From Azolla caroliniana (lineage: Eukaryota; Plantae; Polypodiophyta): a DNA stretch of 64,000 bases. The position numbers and the translations under genes were made by a program. Positions within the stretch are counted from its first letter, which is position 1. Each line of letters opens with the position of its first letter. This document shows positions 1 through 13,325 of this stretch, one piece after another. The notes beneath the pieces are model-generated. The model worked only from the letters and a program-made list of their open reading frames with translations, did no database searches and had not been told where the DNA came from. The stretch covers positions 16,554,001-16,618,000 of the forward strand of contig JBHGNT010000014.1 in NCBI GenBank assembly GCA_043228905.1. The letters are read 5' to 3'.

Positions 1-998
1 TCAATCTCATGGGCCTCACACCCATTGACCCTCTTGATCGAACAAGCTTCGATCATGCTTCTCTCTTCGTCGCATGTATTCGTTTCAACCTCCGGCTCCT
101 CGCCGACACCTTCCATCTCTTGGGTCTCACGTTGGTTCTTTGACACAACTGCGCAAGTCTCCGGAGCATGTGTGGAGAAAATCCGGTCGTGATCGTTGTC
201 GACGCTTATTGTCTTGTTCATAGCCGCCTCCTCGATCTTGATTTCAGTGGCAAGATCCTTCATCATGTTGATCTCACACTCTTTATCTCCCTTAATGCAA
301 GTTTCGATTTGGCTTGCTCCATCATCCGTTGTTTCAAACACGACGCATGTTTTGAAACATTCAACCTCTGAAATGGCCGTCGTCGTCCTCAAGTTATCAT
401 CAATCTTCTTTTCATTTAGGTTGTTTTGTTTAGACGGCTCGACTTCTTTAGATGGTCTCGTTTTCTCTATGATCGGCCTTACCAAGTCAATACCATCAAG
501 CCATTGATGATGCCTGTCGATCTTGTTGTATGCTTGCCTCATCGCAACCCAGTCCGCCACAAGGTCGTTTGCTTGGGTATCATCTTCGAGGAGAGTCCCC
601 AACTCTCGTCTATCCTTCATGTCCACGGCTTTTAAGAAGTACAAAGTCTTGTCCTCCTCCAACAACACTTGGTCCATGTTGGGGAGATGACTAAACATTT
701 TGTCAAACTCGTCGTACACCCTCGAGGTGCTCATCTTCTTATTCTTCTTTTCTATGCACTTCATCAAGGCATGTCGAGTCATCCTCGACAAATCTTCCGT
801 CATAAACTCTACTAATATCGCTTTCTCGAACTCCGACCACGTTGTCTTCCCTTCTTGAAGCTCGATGACGCTCCTTTGGGTGTTGTTGGCGACCACTCTC
901 TTGAAACTTGTGATTTGACGTGCTTCAAACACGTCCCTCTGATTCATCTCCCTTTTATGCATCAAGGAACTTCGTAATGTTCCTTCCGTCAAATTGAC
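1..998 (-). pseudogene. Degenerate Gypsy gag fragment followed by an acidic low-complexity region; cut at 999 by a Copia insertion
   Basis: Minus-strand translation FDGRNITKFLDA*KGEMNQ...WSEFEKAIL...LYFLKAVD...LLEDD...DW resembles the gag at 17454 (FDGTNISKY...FLQAVD...DW); contains stops. Confidence 0.7.
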
Positions 999-1399
999 TG
1001 TAAAAGGTAACGTGCGGAAGCAAGTATGAAGACCGAACAGAAGGAAGAAAACTCAGGTTTAATGGAGAGCTTGAGCTTACGCAGTATACGCGGGAGAGAC
1101 AGAGAGAGTGAGAGAAAACACAAGAGCTATATTCAACAAAAAATCTCGATTCACTACTCTCTATACATATGTGTGTTCCATGAACACTTTTATACAAGTC
1201 CTCGAAGGACTGACTGAAGTACTGACCGTACTTCAATGCTCTTTAAGAGCTCCTATACTAACTCCCAAATATATTCCTCACGGAATATCTTTCCTAACGG
1301 CCTCCCGGTTTACGAACTCGGCCTAACCGATCGGTCCCAACCGATCCGGTCCTCGGCTTCTTCAGCCGATCCGGCCGATGTTGAGCTTGTCTCTCAACA
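999..1399 (-). repeat. 3' LTR of Copia A
   Basis: TG...CA ends, adjacent polypurine tract, near-identical to 6493-6613 over the shared part. Confidence 0.9.
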
Positions 1400-1536
1400 C
1401 TCCCCCTCAAGCTCAACTCGAGGCTCTTCGGGATCCTCGGGCTCATAGCTCCGGTTCCTCCTGGCTTCACGCCTCGTTCGCGCTCCTCAACCTGTTCGAC
1501 TCCGCGCGCTTCGACCCTTCCGGTCGGCTTGTATAC

Positions 1537-4500
1537 TCATGCGGCCCTTATCAACTCCTGCTGCCTTTTCTTCGGCTTGGGCCTCGGTTGATTCAGCGTA
1601 TCTGAATGAAACAACCGAACCGACTCGGCTACCTCCGATCGGTTTTCGCTCTCGTCCGAGTTGGCTGTCTCCAACTCGTCTTCGGACTTCTCGCCCTCGG
1701 TGGCGTTATCTTCCCCATGCGTGGTTGGCTTCGGCTCTCTCCTTCGGCTGCTCCCCTTCTGTCCGCTTTCGGACTTTTCCGCGGGTCCGCCCTCGGCTTC
1801 TTCAGCCGATCCGAAGTCGAACTCGACAACCGAGTTAACAACCGAGTCAACCGACTCGGTGTCGTGGCCTCCGCTCCTTTCCTGCTGCTTTGCTTGGTCG
1901 TTCAGGATTGTTCTCCCCCTCAAGTTTGGCACGTTGAGGTGACGCAATCCGAGCGCACCAGAGAATTGCCGCAACCCTTCCAGACCAAGAGGCTTTGTGA
2001 AGATGTCGGCAGTCTGCCGATCCGTCGGCACGTACTGAAGTTCGACTTCACCGGAAAGGACACGCTCACAGACGAAATGGTAGTGCACCTCAATGTGCTT
2101 GGTCCGGGTGTGGAAGACGGGGTTCTTCGCGAGTTGGATGCTGCTAAGGTTGTCGCAATAGATCGTCGTTGGATCGGACACCTCCTCTTGCAAGTCCTTA
2201 AGTAGCCGCTTCAACCATATGGCTTCGCATGTCGCGGCAGCCGCTCCTCGGTACTCAGCTTCGGTGCTCGACAGTGCAACTGTCGGCTGCTTCTTACTGC
2301 TCCACGCGATCGCGGCACTCTCGAGGGAGAACGCGTATCCGGACGTGGATCGGCGATCGGCGGCGTTGCCGGCCCAATCAGCATCGGTGTCGCCGACTAA
2401 TTGCGCGGCTGGACCGGTCCGATATAGCAGTCCTCGGTCCTTAGTGCCGTTGACATACCGAAGTATGCGTTGCGCACACTGAAGTTGCTCCTCGGTAGGT
2501 TGCGCCATGAACTGACTGATCGCGGCACTCTCGAGGGAGAACGCGTATCCGGACGTGGATCGGCGATCGGCGGCGTTGCCGGCCCAATCAGCATCGGTGT
2601 CGCCGACTAATTGCGCGGCTGGACCGGTCCGATATAGCAGTCCTCGGTCCTTAGTGCCGTTGACATACCGAAGTATGCGTTGCGCACACTGAAGTTGCTC
2701 CTCGGTAGGTTGCGCCATGAACTGACTGATCACTCCGACCGGATAACTGAGGTCGGGTCAGGTGATGGTCAAGTATATGAGGCTTCTGACAATTTGTCGG
2801 AACCTCGTCGGGTCGCATACTGTTCTCGTATCGGGACGAAGCTTGACGGTTTTGTCCAGAGGAGTCGAGACTGACTTAAAATCAGCCATCCCGAATTTGA
2901 AGAGCATACTCAGCACGTAGTGACGTTGGCTGATCAATATGCCTTCGGGGGTACGGATCACTTCGATCCCGAGGAAGTAATGAAGGTCCCCCAGACCTTC
3001 ATGTCGAACGATGCCGCAAGCTGGAGCTTCACGCGGTCGATTTCACGTAGGTCGGCGCTGGTGATGACCAAGTCATCAACATATAGTAAAATACTAACCG
3101 GTCCGAGTCGACCTTTCCGGATGAACAGGGAAGAGTTTGATTTTGACGTGACGAAGCCCATCCGACGCAGTTGTTGTGTGATCTTTGCGTTCCAGGCACG
3201 CGGGGCTTGCTTCAGTCCATAAAGGGACTTCTTAAGTCGGCATACTGCCGAGGAGTTCGTCAAGAGTGAAATCCGGGGGGCTGTACCATGTACACCTGTT
3301 CCTAAAGGTCACCTTGCAGGAATGCATTCTTTACATCCATCTGATGTTAGTGCCACCCCTTCACCGCAGCTACTGCGAGCAAAACACGACGGTCATCATT
3401 TTCGCGACCGGCGCAAACGTCTCATCGTAGTCGATGCCGTGTTTCTGCGCGTAGCCCTTTGCCACTAGCCGAGCCTTGTACCAGTTGACCGAGCCATCGG
3501 TGTTGTACTTGACTTTGTACAGCCACCTACACCCGATCGGCTTCACACCCTTCGGTGCGTCAACCAGGTCCCAGGTCTTGTTCTCCGCCAATGTGTGCAT
3601 CTCTTCCTCCATCGCGACACGCCAATTCGCGTCTTTAGCCGCTTCTGCGTAGCTCTCTGGCTCACGCACTTCCGCTACACGGGTCATGTACGCATAATGA
3701 TGCACCATGTACTAATTGTATCCGAACCGCAAAACAGGATTCTTCTGGCGGGTAGATCGACGTAATCTCACATTAGCCGATGTCAAGGCCTTCTCGGTCG
3801 ACGCGGACTTCACGTTTAAAGACCCGTCACCGGTTCCCTCGGAGTCGAACTCGCATCGGTCTGACTCGTTCATATCCGTGCCGGAATCCGACACCTTCTT
3901 CTTCCCTTTCTCTTTGCACGTAAGCCGTCTCCTCGGCTTCTTGCGTGGGGAATGCACGACCGAGTCTCCACTACTCGCTGGCTCTTCATCGGACTGGTCA
4001 TACCGACTCAGTCGTCCAATCGGTCCACTTAAATGGAGTGAAATCGAACTCTCTTCGCGGGTCTTGATTTCGGGCTCATCCGGAGGCATCTCGGCCTCGC
4101 TAACCTCATCGTCAGAGCTTAGATTGGAGTCGGGGTTCGGAGTTGGGGGCTGGTACCAGGACGCAGACTCGTCAAACACAACGTCGCGGCTAACACGCGC
4201 TTGTTTGGTGCGAGGGTTATACCACTTATAACCCTTCTGCTCGTCCGAGTAACCGACCAAGATGCATTTCTCGGCCTTTGCGTCCAACTTCCTCCTTTTC
4301 TCCTTCGGTACATGCACATACGCAATGCTACCGAACACCCTCAAGTGTCGCAAGTTGGGCTTCGTTCCGAAATACAGCTCGTGCGCCAACACTTTGTCTC
4401 CGATCCGGTTCTGGAAGTATACCGTGGTCCTTACCGCCTCGGCCCAGTAGAACTTGGGCAAGCTCTTCTCCTCCAACATTGCCCGTGCTGCTTCCACAAC

Positions 4501-6420
4501 TGTCCGATTCTTCCTCTCGGCCATGCCGTTCTACTCCGGCGTGTATCTACAACTGAATTTGCGCCGAATTCCCATTTGTTGTAGATAACCGTTGAATTGA
4601 CCGGAAAAGTACTCTTTCCCGCCATCCGACCGCAGGCACTTGATCTTCCGTCCTGTTTCCATTTCCACGAACCCTTTGAGGTTTCGGAAACAGTCGAAGA
4701 CTTCGCTCTTCCTCTCAATGAGGTAGATCCACGTGTGCCGCGTGTGGTCGTCGATGAAGGAGACGAAATATCGGCTCCCGCCAAGATTAACGTTTTGTGC
4801 TGGCCCCCACACATCAGAGTGTATAAGGTCGAGCTTATTCCGGCTCCGGTTTCGCTCGTTTGGGAAAGGAAGTCGGTGTTGCTTCCCGAGCTGGTAGGCT
4901 TCACAAATTTGTGCCTTTCGGCCACTAAATTTGGGCAATCCGAACACTACCTTTTTCAATTGCAGATCTTGAAGCCGCTAGTAGTTGACGTGGCCTATCC
5001 GCTTGTGCCACAAGTCGATGTCCGACTCGGTTTTTCTTCCCTTCGCGAACATTGCGGTGCCGCCGTCAGTGGAGTCGAGGATGAACATCCTCCCGTCTCT
5101 GCGCCCTTGTGCAATCACACGACCTTCTTCCTCAATGAAGCACCCGAGGTGTGTAAACCGAACCTCCATCCCTTGGTCGACGATCTGTCCGACCGAGACC
5201 AAGTTCTTCGTGATTGTCGGAACGTGCAACACGTTCATGAGTTTCCCTTTCTGCCCGATATGGCTAAGGGGAACTTCTCCGACATTCGCGATCGGATGCG
5301 GAGTGTCGTCTCCAGTTGCGACTACTCTAGGTTGTATCGGTTTTTCAAGGTACGAGAACCACTCCTTATGGCTCGTCATGTGGTTTGACGCGCCGGAGTC
5401 TACGTACCACACCTCGTCCGATCTCAGGGTGGTCCGTTTCATTGACTTTGCTTCGTGTCTCGTCACAAAGGCAGACCCTTCTCCGGCTCTCCCGGAGTCT
5501 TCGGCGTAGTGCAATCGCTGCCGATTTCCCTTGTCGGTATGTCCGGAACCGTTTCCGGAACCGGTTCTCTCCGAATCAGCGCGCTTCTTCCAGCACTCAC
5601 TTTCCCTGTGGCCTTTCTTGCCACAATACCAGCACTCCGCGATGGCCTTCCCTTGCCGGTTCTCATCGCTTCGACTCCCCCTATTTCCGGAGGGTCCGGA
5701 GTTGCTGTCGGCATCACTTCGGTGTCTTCTTTCTTGATCTTGTCGGCCGCCTCCATTGCGCGCCGAATCGCCTCGTCCTCCACGTCCACGGGGCCTATCT
5801 CCCTCTGTGTACAACATTATGTTGTCGGTGTGCGTGCTTGTAGACGCACCCGTGTGGTTCTCCTCTACCAGGAGCATTGACTGTAAGTCGAAAAAGGACA
5901 ACGTATTCTCCCGGGTACGCACAACCGTTCGGAACGCTCCGAACTTCGACGCCAAACCTCCGAGACAGATCTGGACCATCTCGCTCTCCTCGATGTTCAC
6001 CTCTATGGAGGCGAGGGAGTCGCAGATATCCTTGATCTTCGAGGTATAGTCTGCCACCGACATGTCGCGTTGTCGTAGGTTGCTCAACTCCTGTCGGAGC
6101 TGAAGCTTCCTGGAGGTGGTGCTCGCGGCGAAAATCTTCTTCAGATTTTCCCACGCACCCTTCGGCATCTTTGCATCCCGAACATAGCTCAATAGCTGTT
6201 CGCTCACACACGACGCAAAGCAGTATAATACCCTGCTCGCCGATTGCTCCCACGACGGGAAGTCTCTGTATGTCGATTCGGGTGCCGCGTCATTAGCTCC
6301 TTCGACATAACTCCAGTAGCCGTGCTTGAGCAGGTACTGGTGCATCTTGTAGGACCAAGACGCGCAGTTGGTTCTGTCGAGCTTCTCTGTTGGAAGCGAG
6401 CTCGCCATGCCTCTATCCAT
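1537..6420 (-). pseudogene. Copia A gag-pol, fragmented by stops and frameshifts
   Basis: CWYCGKKGHRESEC knuckle, YVDSGASNHM protease, HSDVWGP/LRSDGGKEY integrase, LKKSLYGLKQAPRAW/LLYVDDL RT, DADWAG...ADIFTKPL RNase H. Confidence 0.95.
2308..2731. repeat. Perfect 210-bp tandem duplication in Copia A RT/RNase H
   Basis: The block starting gatcgcggcactctcg occurs at 2308 and 2518; 70 aa are duplicated in ORF 1537..2733. Confidence 0.95.
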
Positions 6421-6613
6421 CGTTCTTCTTGTTCTTCTTCGTCAAGCTGTGTCGGCTGCAGAGAGGTTCTCAACCCTCGCGCTCTGATACCATGTAAAAA
6501 GTAGCGTGCGGAAGCAAGTGTGAAGACCGAACAGAAGGAAGAAAACTCAGGTTTAATGGAGAGCTTGAGCTTACGCAGTATACGCGGGAGAGACAGAGAG
6601 AGTGAGAGAGAAA

Positions 6614-8199
6614 ACGGTTCGACGATGAAGACGAGTTGGTGAGGACTTCTTCGAGTCGGCTCGCATAGCGGCGAGGGCTGGGGACGAGTTTGACGAGAGA
6701 AAGTACGATGGGGAGTGGCTCCAGATCGGTGGGTTCCTAAAAACGATGACGCTGGGAGTAGCGTGGACAAGGGAAGAGGCTAACCGGATTTGGAAGAAAG
6801 CATAACGATTCTTCCTACAGGACGGAAGCATATGGAAGCACCCAAAGAAGTGAGACGGCGTCCCACTTGGGGTGTTGGCAAGGAAGGAGGAGCAGGAAGC
6901 ATTGTTGACGGCGTACCACGAGAGTCCTTAGGCCGGACATCAGGGGACATGGGCCACGTTCGAAAAGCTGAAGGAGAAGTACTGGTGGCCGGGACTGTAC
7001 CATGATGTGCATCGGTTCGTGACGACTTGCGAAAGCTATTAGATGCATTCCGTAGTCCGACATTGGGACGAGTTGCACCCGACTTACCCGTCGACCGTCC
7101 ACTTCAAGTGGATGGTGGATCTGGTGACAATGCCGATGGAGGTAGGGCAGATGTGATACCTGGTGCTAGCACGAGAAGACCTGCCGAACCAGGTGGAGGG
7201 TCGAGCATTACCAAACAAGACGACCGCATCAGTGTGCCGGTTCCTAATCGAGGAGGTGGTGTGTCGGTACGGGTGCGTAGGGAAGATCGTAGGAGACGTG
7301 GAGAACTGGATGTGACAAGAGGCTAAAGAGTTGTTTGAACGGTTAGGGGTTAAACTCTCGCTCACTACGGCGTACAATCTACAGGCAAACGGGAAGGTGG
7401 AATGCGGTCACGGGCCAATCGTAAAGGCATTGGTATGGGCCTGCGAAGGCCAAGTCGGGAATTGGTCGCGGCTCCTACCCTATGCATTGTGGGCGGACCG
7501 AACTACGCACAATTCGGTGACTAGGTTCATGCCGGCAGAGCTGATGTATGGGCAGAAGCCGATTATGCTGATGGAGCGAATGATCTCATCGTGAGCCGTG
7601 GTGGATTGGAGAGATGAGATGAGCCGGGAGGAGCTGTTAGCCGCGCAAATCCAATAGCTCGAGCGAAGACCGGAGGACGTAGAACAAGCAACGACGAAGT
7701 TGCGTGCGACAAGGACAAAGAATAGGGGGCGATTCGACCGGAATCACCAACTATGACCAAAGAAAATCGAGGAAGGCGACTAGGTCTGGTCTACGACAGC
7801 AACCTTGACAACTAGCACAAGGCAATGCGGAAGTTTGCGAGGAGGTGGTTCGGGCCTTACGCTGTGACAAGCGCCAATGACAACGGCACCTACCATCTCG
7901 CGGAGCTCGACGGAACGAGAATAGTTGTGCCAGTGGCTGGGAAGCGTATCAAAGCGTTCAAGAAGCGGCACGAGGACAAGGCGGACCCGGGGATTGAGGA
8001 TGACGATGATGACCGGTTCGGAGAAGGTGGCGAACCGGAGAGCGAAAGATAATCGCAGGCCGGTCTTCTCTAGCAGAAGTCTATTCTGGCGCATACCGGA
8101 GGATGCATGGTTAGGTCCGGGCGGATGTCGTGGAGAAAACCGTCCCTAGGAGGAATCGGTGGGTAGTGTGCGTGAACTGGCCCTTACACACGGTTCGAG
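6614..8199 (+). mobile_element. Gypsy (Trp-PBS lineage) 3' fragment: integrase, 3' UTR, PPT and truncated 3' LTR (8126-~8199)
   Basis: TTAYNLQANGKVE, LPYALWADRTTH, WFGPY motifs; LTR start tgtcgtggagaaaaccgtccctagg is identical to 53366. Confidence 0.9.
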
Positions 8200-8255
8200 G
8201 TTGCCCATCTCCACCTTCTGCCTTAGTAGCTCCATCAGCTTCGGGATGTGAGCTC

Positions 8256-11200
8256 TGTTGGGAATATGTCCCTCCAGTGGGAGGAAGATCCTATTGTTCG
8301 GAAAGCCGACAATCGAAGATTCGGGTTGATGAGGGACTCAGCCGAGGCCGAAATCGGAATCGTGTAAATAGCCAACTCGGAAGACTATATTCGTAAATAG
8401 TCTAAGTGTGCGCCCCATGAGGACTACATATGTAAATAGCCAGAAAAGTTGCGTAAGTATATATGTAACTAGGGCAAAATTTAACTGTGTGTAATTATGA
8501 ACAGAAGTTTGTATGTACAGAACTGTGTGCAGAGTGTGATGAATAGAAGAGGAGAGCGTGAGAGAGAGAGAGTGTGTGTGAGTTGCGCCATAGCTGTGTG
8601 TGTAACAGTAGACGTGAAGAGCCCTGTGTGGCTGATACACTCGTCAAAGTGTTGTAATCATCTCTGTATTGTATATCCACTATACTACAGTGAAGAATTT
8701 GTTCACCCGTGGTTTTCCCCGTTTTAGTGTTTCCACATAAATCTCTGTGCACCATTGTTTATCTTGTCTATTCTGTTATTCGAGTGATTCATATTTCAGC
8801 ATGTAATCTGTTTATTGTGATTTATATTCCGCAACGATTTCTCAACAAACTAGTATTAGAGCTTGAGGTGCAAGCATGGAAGGAGGTGTTAGCGGTTTCC
8901 CAGGTATGAAAGTTCTGAACTCACAAAACTATGCAGACTGGAAGATAAAGATGGAAGACCTTCTCATAGTCAAACACCTATACGAGCCAGTCGACAGAGC
9001 AGAAATACCCAGGGGGGTATTGGAGTCGGACTGGAAGCTTCTGAATAGGAAGGTGGTGGCCACAATCCAACAATGTGTCAATGTAAGCGTCCTTCAGCAT
9101 GTGGCGAACGACACGAATGCCCACAAGATGTGGGCAGAAGCTGTCGGGTCTATATGAGAGGAAGAACGTGCTAAACAGAACCTTGCTAATGAGAAAAATT
9201 GTACGGCTGAAATACAGAGATGGTGAGAGCATTGTCGAACACATCAGCACATTCATGGGGTATGTGAATCAACTTGCTGTGACCAAGTTTCCCTTGGATG
9301 ATGCAATGTAGGCCATCTTGCTGATGTGCACACTACTGGAAAGCTGGGAGAACCTGGTGGTTACTCTCACTACCTCCTGTCAAGAAGAGAACTTGTCTTT
9401 ACAGACGGTGAAGACAAGCATCCTAAACGAGGAGGGAAGGAGGAAAGACAAAGGAGTCCTGTCCCAAATGGAGTCGAATCTGACTCAACACAGGGACAGA
9501 GGAAGAGACTGACGAAGAAGAAGTCTGCAGCGAACGGACAAATCCCACACCAGATCAAAGTCCAGAGGTAAGCCTGTGTACTTCTATTGCGGAAAACCTG
9601 GACACTTCCAGAAGGACTTCCGACACATGAAGAAAGATAAGCTTGCAGGAAATAATGTCAAACTCCGGAGAATTCCGAATGAAAAGAACACTTCGGCTAT
9701 TGCTACGAGCAATGAGGAACTCCTGTTCATCTGTGAACAGACAAGACTTGCAAACCTTGCAAGAGAAGAGTGCACTTGGGTGATTGATTCCGGAGCATCT
9801 TTCCATATTACTCCATCGAGAGAGTATTTCTCGACTTAAATAGCCGGGGATCATGGCTATGTAAAGATGGGTGATAGTGGAGAATGCAAGAAAACCGGAG
9901 TCGGAAGTGTATGCTTAACGACGTCGACAGGGTGTCGACTGACGTTGAAGGATGTTCGACACGTCCCTGATATCAGATTGAATCTGATATCAACTGGAAG
10001 GCTTGATGACGAAGGCTATAGTGGTAGTTTTCGGAATGGCAAGTGGAAGTTCTGCCGAGGAAATCTCATAGTGGCCCGAGCATAGAAAGAAGGCACATTG
10101 TACATGATGCATGGCCGACTGTGCAAATCGGAAGTAAATGTGGCAGCCGACTCGGCAGGGGAAATATGACATAAGAGGCTAGGCCACATGAGTCATAAGG
10201 GAATGCACCTGTTAGCCGACCAGAAACTTCTACCAGAAGTCATGGGAGTTCACCTAGAGAAGTGTGTCGACTGCTTAGCCGGAAAGCAGAACAAGACGAC
10301 ATTCCACTTGAGACCACCGAGGAGAAGTGAAGCTACACTGGAACTAGTGCACACGGATGTGTGCTATGTGGATGCTCCATCGCATCGAGGAGGACAATAC
10401 TTTGTAACGTTCATTGACGACTATAGTCGGAAGACATGGGCCTTCATATTGAAGTCGAAGGATCAAGTACTGTCGGTTTTCAAGGAGTTCTAGGCAAGAA
10501 CCGTAAGAGAGTCGGGTCGGAAACTGAAGGTTGTCTGAACCGACAACGAAGGCGAGTACAAAGGGCAGTTCGAGGAGTACTGCAAGTGCCAAGGTATTCG
10601 AATCGAATACACAGTGCCAAAGACCCCAGAATTAAACGGGCTTGCAGAGAGGATGAATCGAACGATCATGGAGAGAGTAAGGAGCATGCTCTCTCATGCG
10701 AAACTGCCGAAATCCTATTGGGCTAAGGCGTTGTACACAGTTGTTTATCTGATCAACAGGTCTCCCTCAGTACCTCTAAAGGGTAATGTCCCACAGAGAG
10801 TGTGGATAGGGAAGGATGTCTCCTACCAACACTTGAGGGTGTTCGGATGTTTGGCGTATATGCATGTACCAAAGGATCAGAGGTCAAAGCTCGACAACAA
10901 GTCAAAAGCATGCATATTCATGGGATACTCAGAAGATGAGTTCGGCTACAGGCTATGGGACCTAGTCGACAAGAAGGTAGTGAGAAGTCAAGATGTAGTC
11001 TTTCTAAAAGACAAGACAATTGAAGACTGGAAGCAACAGAAGTCGGAACCGACTCCCCAGTTAACCTCGACCACCATCGACTTAAGGCCAAATGTGTCAT
11101 CGCCGGCAGCTGTAAGGAGACAGCTGGCCGATAGAGCCGAATCTGAGTCGGTTGACTCGGAAAGACCGACAGATTATGAGTCGGAGTCGGCAGATCTGCT

Positions 11201-12483
11201 AAAATCAATTGAGGAATATGAGTTGGAGCTTTCCAACCTGGAGATGCCGATTGATGAGCAGAATCCCGAGCAAAGAGAAGAGTTGGCAGAGACATCCAAA
11301 ATAGAGCCAACAACGAGTGGACGAAGGCACCCACTCAGAGAAAGGAAGGCACCAACTACATATGCCAATCAATACATCCTCTTGACTGATGATGGTGAAC
11401 CGGAGTGCTATGAAGAAGCCATTGCCGACGAGAGCAGAGAAAAATGACTGAACGCGATGCAAGAGAAGATGGAATCCTTGCACGCGAATTACACCTACGA
11501 CCTAGTAGAGCTACCGAAAGGTAAGAGAGCACTAAGGAATAAGTGGGTCTACAAGGTGAAGACTGGAGAAGTCGACAACGAGCCCAGGTATAAAGCCCGC
11601 ATAGTGGTGAAGGGTTTCCAACAGAGGAAGGGTGTCGACTTTGATGAAATATTCGCACCAATCGTGAAGATGAAATCCATATGAACTATTCTGATCATAG
11701 CGGCCAACATGGATCTGGAGATAGAACAGTTGGATGTAAAAACCACATTTATGCACGGGGAGCTAGAGGAAGAAATCTACATGCAGGAAGCCGAAGGCTT
11801 TGAGGAAAAAGAGAAAGAGAATCTGGTGTGTCGACCGAGGAAAAGCTTGTACAGACTGAAAGAAGCTCCACGCCAATGGTACAAGAAATTTGAGTCCCTT
11901 CAATGGGAGGAAGATCCGACTATTTGGAAAGCCGACAGTCGAAGAGTCGGGTTGATGAGGAACTCGGCCAAGGTCGAAAACGGAATCGTGTAAATAGCCA
12001 ACTCGGGAGACTATATTCGTAAATAGTCTAAGTGTGCTCCCCATGAGGGTTACGTATGTAAATAGCCAGAAAAGTTGCGTAAGTATATATGTAACTAGGG
12101 CAAACTTTAACTGTGTGTAATTGTGAACAGAAGTTTGTATGTACAGAACTGTGTGCAGAGTGTGATGAACAAAAGAGGAGATTGTGAGAGAGAGAGAGAG
12201 AGAGAGAGAGTGTGAGCTGCGCCATAGCTGTGTGTGTAACAACAGACACGAAGAGCCCTGTGCAGCTGATACACTCGTCAGAGTGTTGTAATCATCTCTG
12301 TATTGTATATCTACTATACTATAGTGAAGAATTTGTTCACCCGTGGTTTTCCCCGTTTTAGGGTGTCCACGTAAATATCTGTGCACCATTGTTTATCTTG
12401 TCTATTCTGTTATTTGAGTGTAATTCATATTTCAGCGCGTAATCTATTTATTGTGATTTATATTCCGCAACGATTTCTCGACA
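8256..12483 (+). mobile_element. Ty1/Copia element B (Tnt1/Tork-like) lacking the RT C-terminus, RNase H and PPT
   Basis: 5' LTR 8256-8847; mutated PBS tagtattagagc 8851-8862; gag/PR/INT/RT remnants 8876-11893; second LTR ~11894-12483 missing its first ~12 bp; flanks agctc and tagag do not match. Confidence 0.9.
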
Positions 12484-13325
12484 TAGAGACCCTCGACCTA
12501 AGTGGTATACCTCTCTCACTCAAAATAGGCAACCCCCTCAATAGTGCCCCTTCCTCTCCTTTTATAGCATAAGGAGAGAAAGCCGTTACAAAAAGGAGAG
12601 ACTAAATATCCCCTTTATTCAATGGGGATATTTGCGTAGATTCTAGGAGGAGGGATTGATGGGCCTTAGCTCCCACTCCTCACACATACTACTATGCCCG
12701 TTACTCACCTCGTACTCTACAAAGTGCACATCACATTTATGCCTCTACAAACTCTGTGTAGCACCTTTAGCACCTTAGATTATTACCCTTCCCATTACAT
12801 TTTGTTTACTTATTCTTATTACACAAATTTACAAGTGCATGTGCAATGTTGCACATCTCCATTTTATTTGTCCCTCCCGATTTTCTCACCATAGCCGGAA
12901 ATCTTCATGACATCCGCCCCCACCAAACTGCACATCCACCGGTATGTGCCAAGAGGGAAAAGGTGAGAGATTTTGGTGACGGTGATCAACCGGGTCCTCT
13001 GTCGTCCTGGAACTTGACCGCCTTGCCGGCTCCTTCCAGCCCCGATCTGTCGGCTCCATCTGATCCACCATATCCGACGTTTGTACCTTCCTCCCTAATC
13101 GGTCCTCCCGGACGCCGTTGTCGACCCGGCCACTCCGACTTTGTCCACCATGTATGCCCTTTGATTGGGCCCCCGGTCACTTCGGTTGTACGCCAGATTC
13201 CGCGCCTTGCGTGCCGCGTATGTCCCTCCGTCGGTTCGATTGTCTCCACGTCTTGGACACCTCCGCGTGCCGACTCTCTCCGCTCCGTGCTCGCCTTCCG
13301 TAGGCTCTTCCCGTGTACCGTTCCA
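12484..13325 (-). mobile_element. Gypsy (Trp lineage) truncated 3' LTR (12484-12912) with PPT and 3' region
   Basis: LTR terminus atcttcatgaca followed by the complement of PPT ggtgggggcgga and the conserved pre-PPT motif. Confidence 0.8.

Larger units (their letters stand above)
999..6613 (-). mobile_element. Ty1/Copia LTR retrotransposon A, degenerate, 5' LTR truncated
   Basis: gag-PR-INT-RT-RH order on minus; 3' LTR 999-1399; PPT 1400-1410; PBS-Met TGGTATCAGAG at 6482-6492; remnant of 5' LTR 6493-~6613. Confidence 0.95.

Noticed and set aside
1606-5880. Long plus-strand ORFs opposite Copia A pol
   Set aside because: Antisense shadows of GC-rich coding sequence with no recognisable domains
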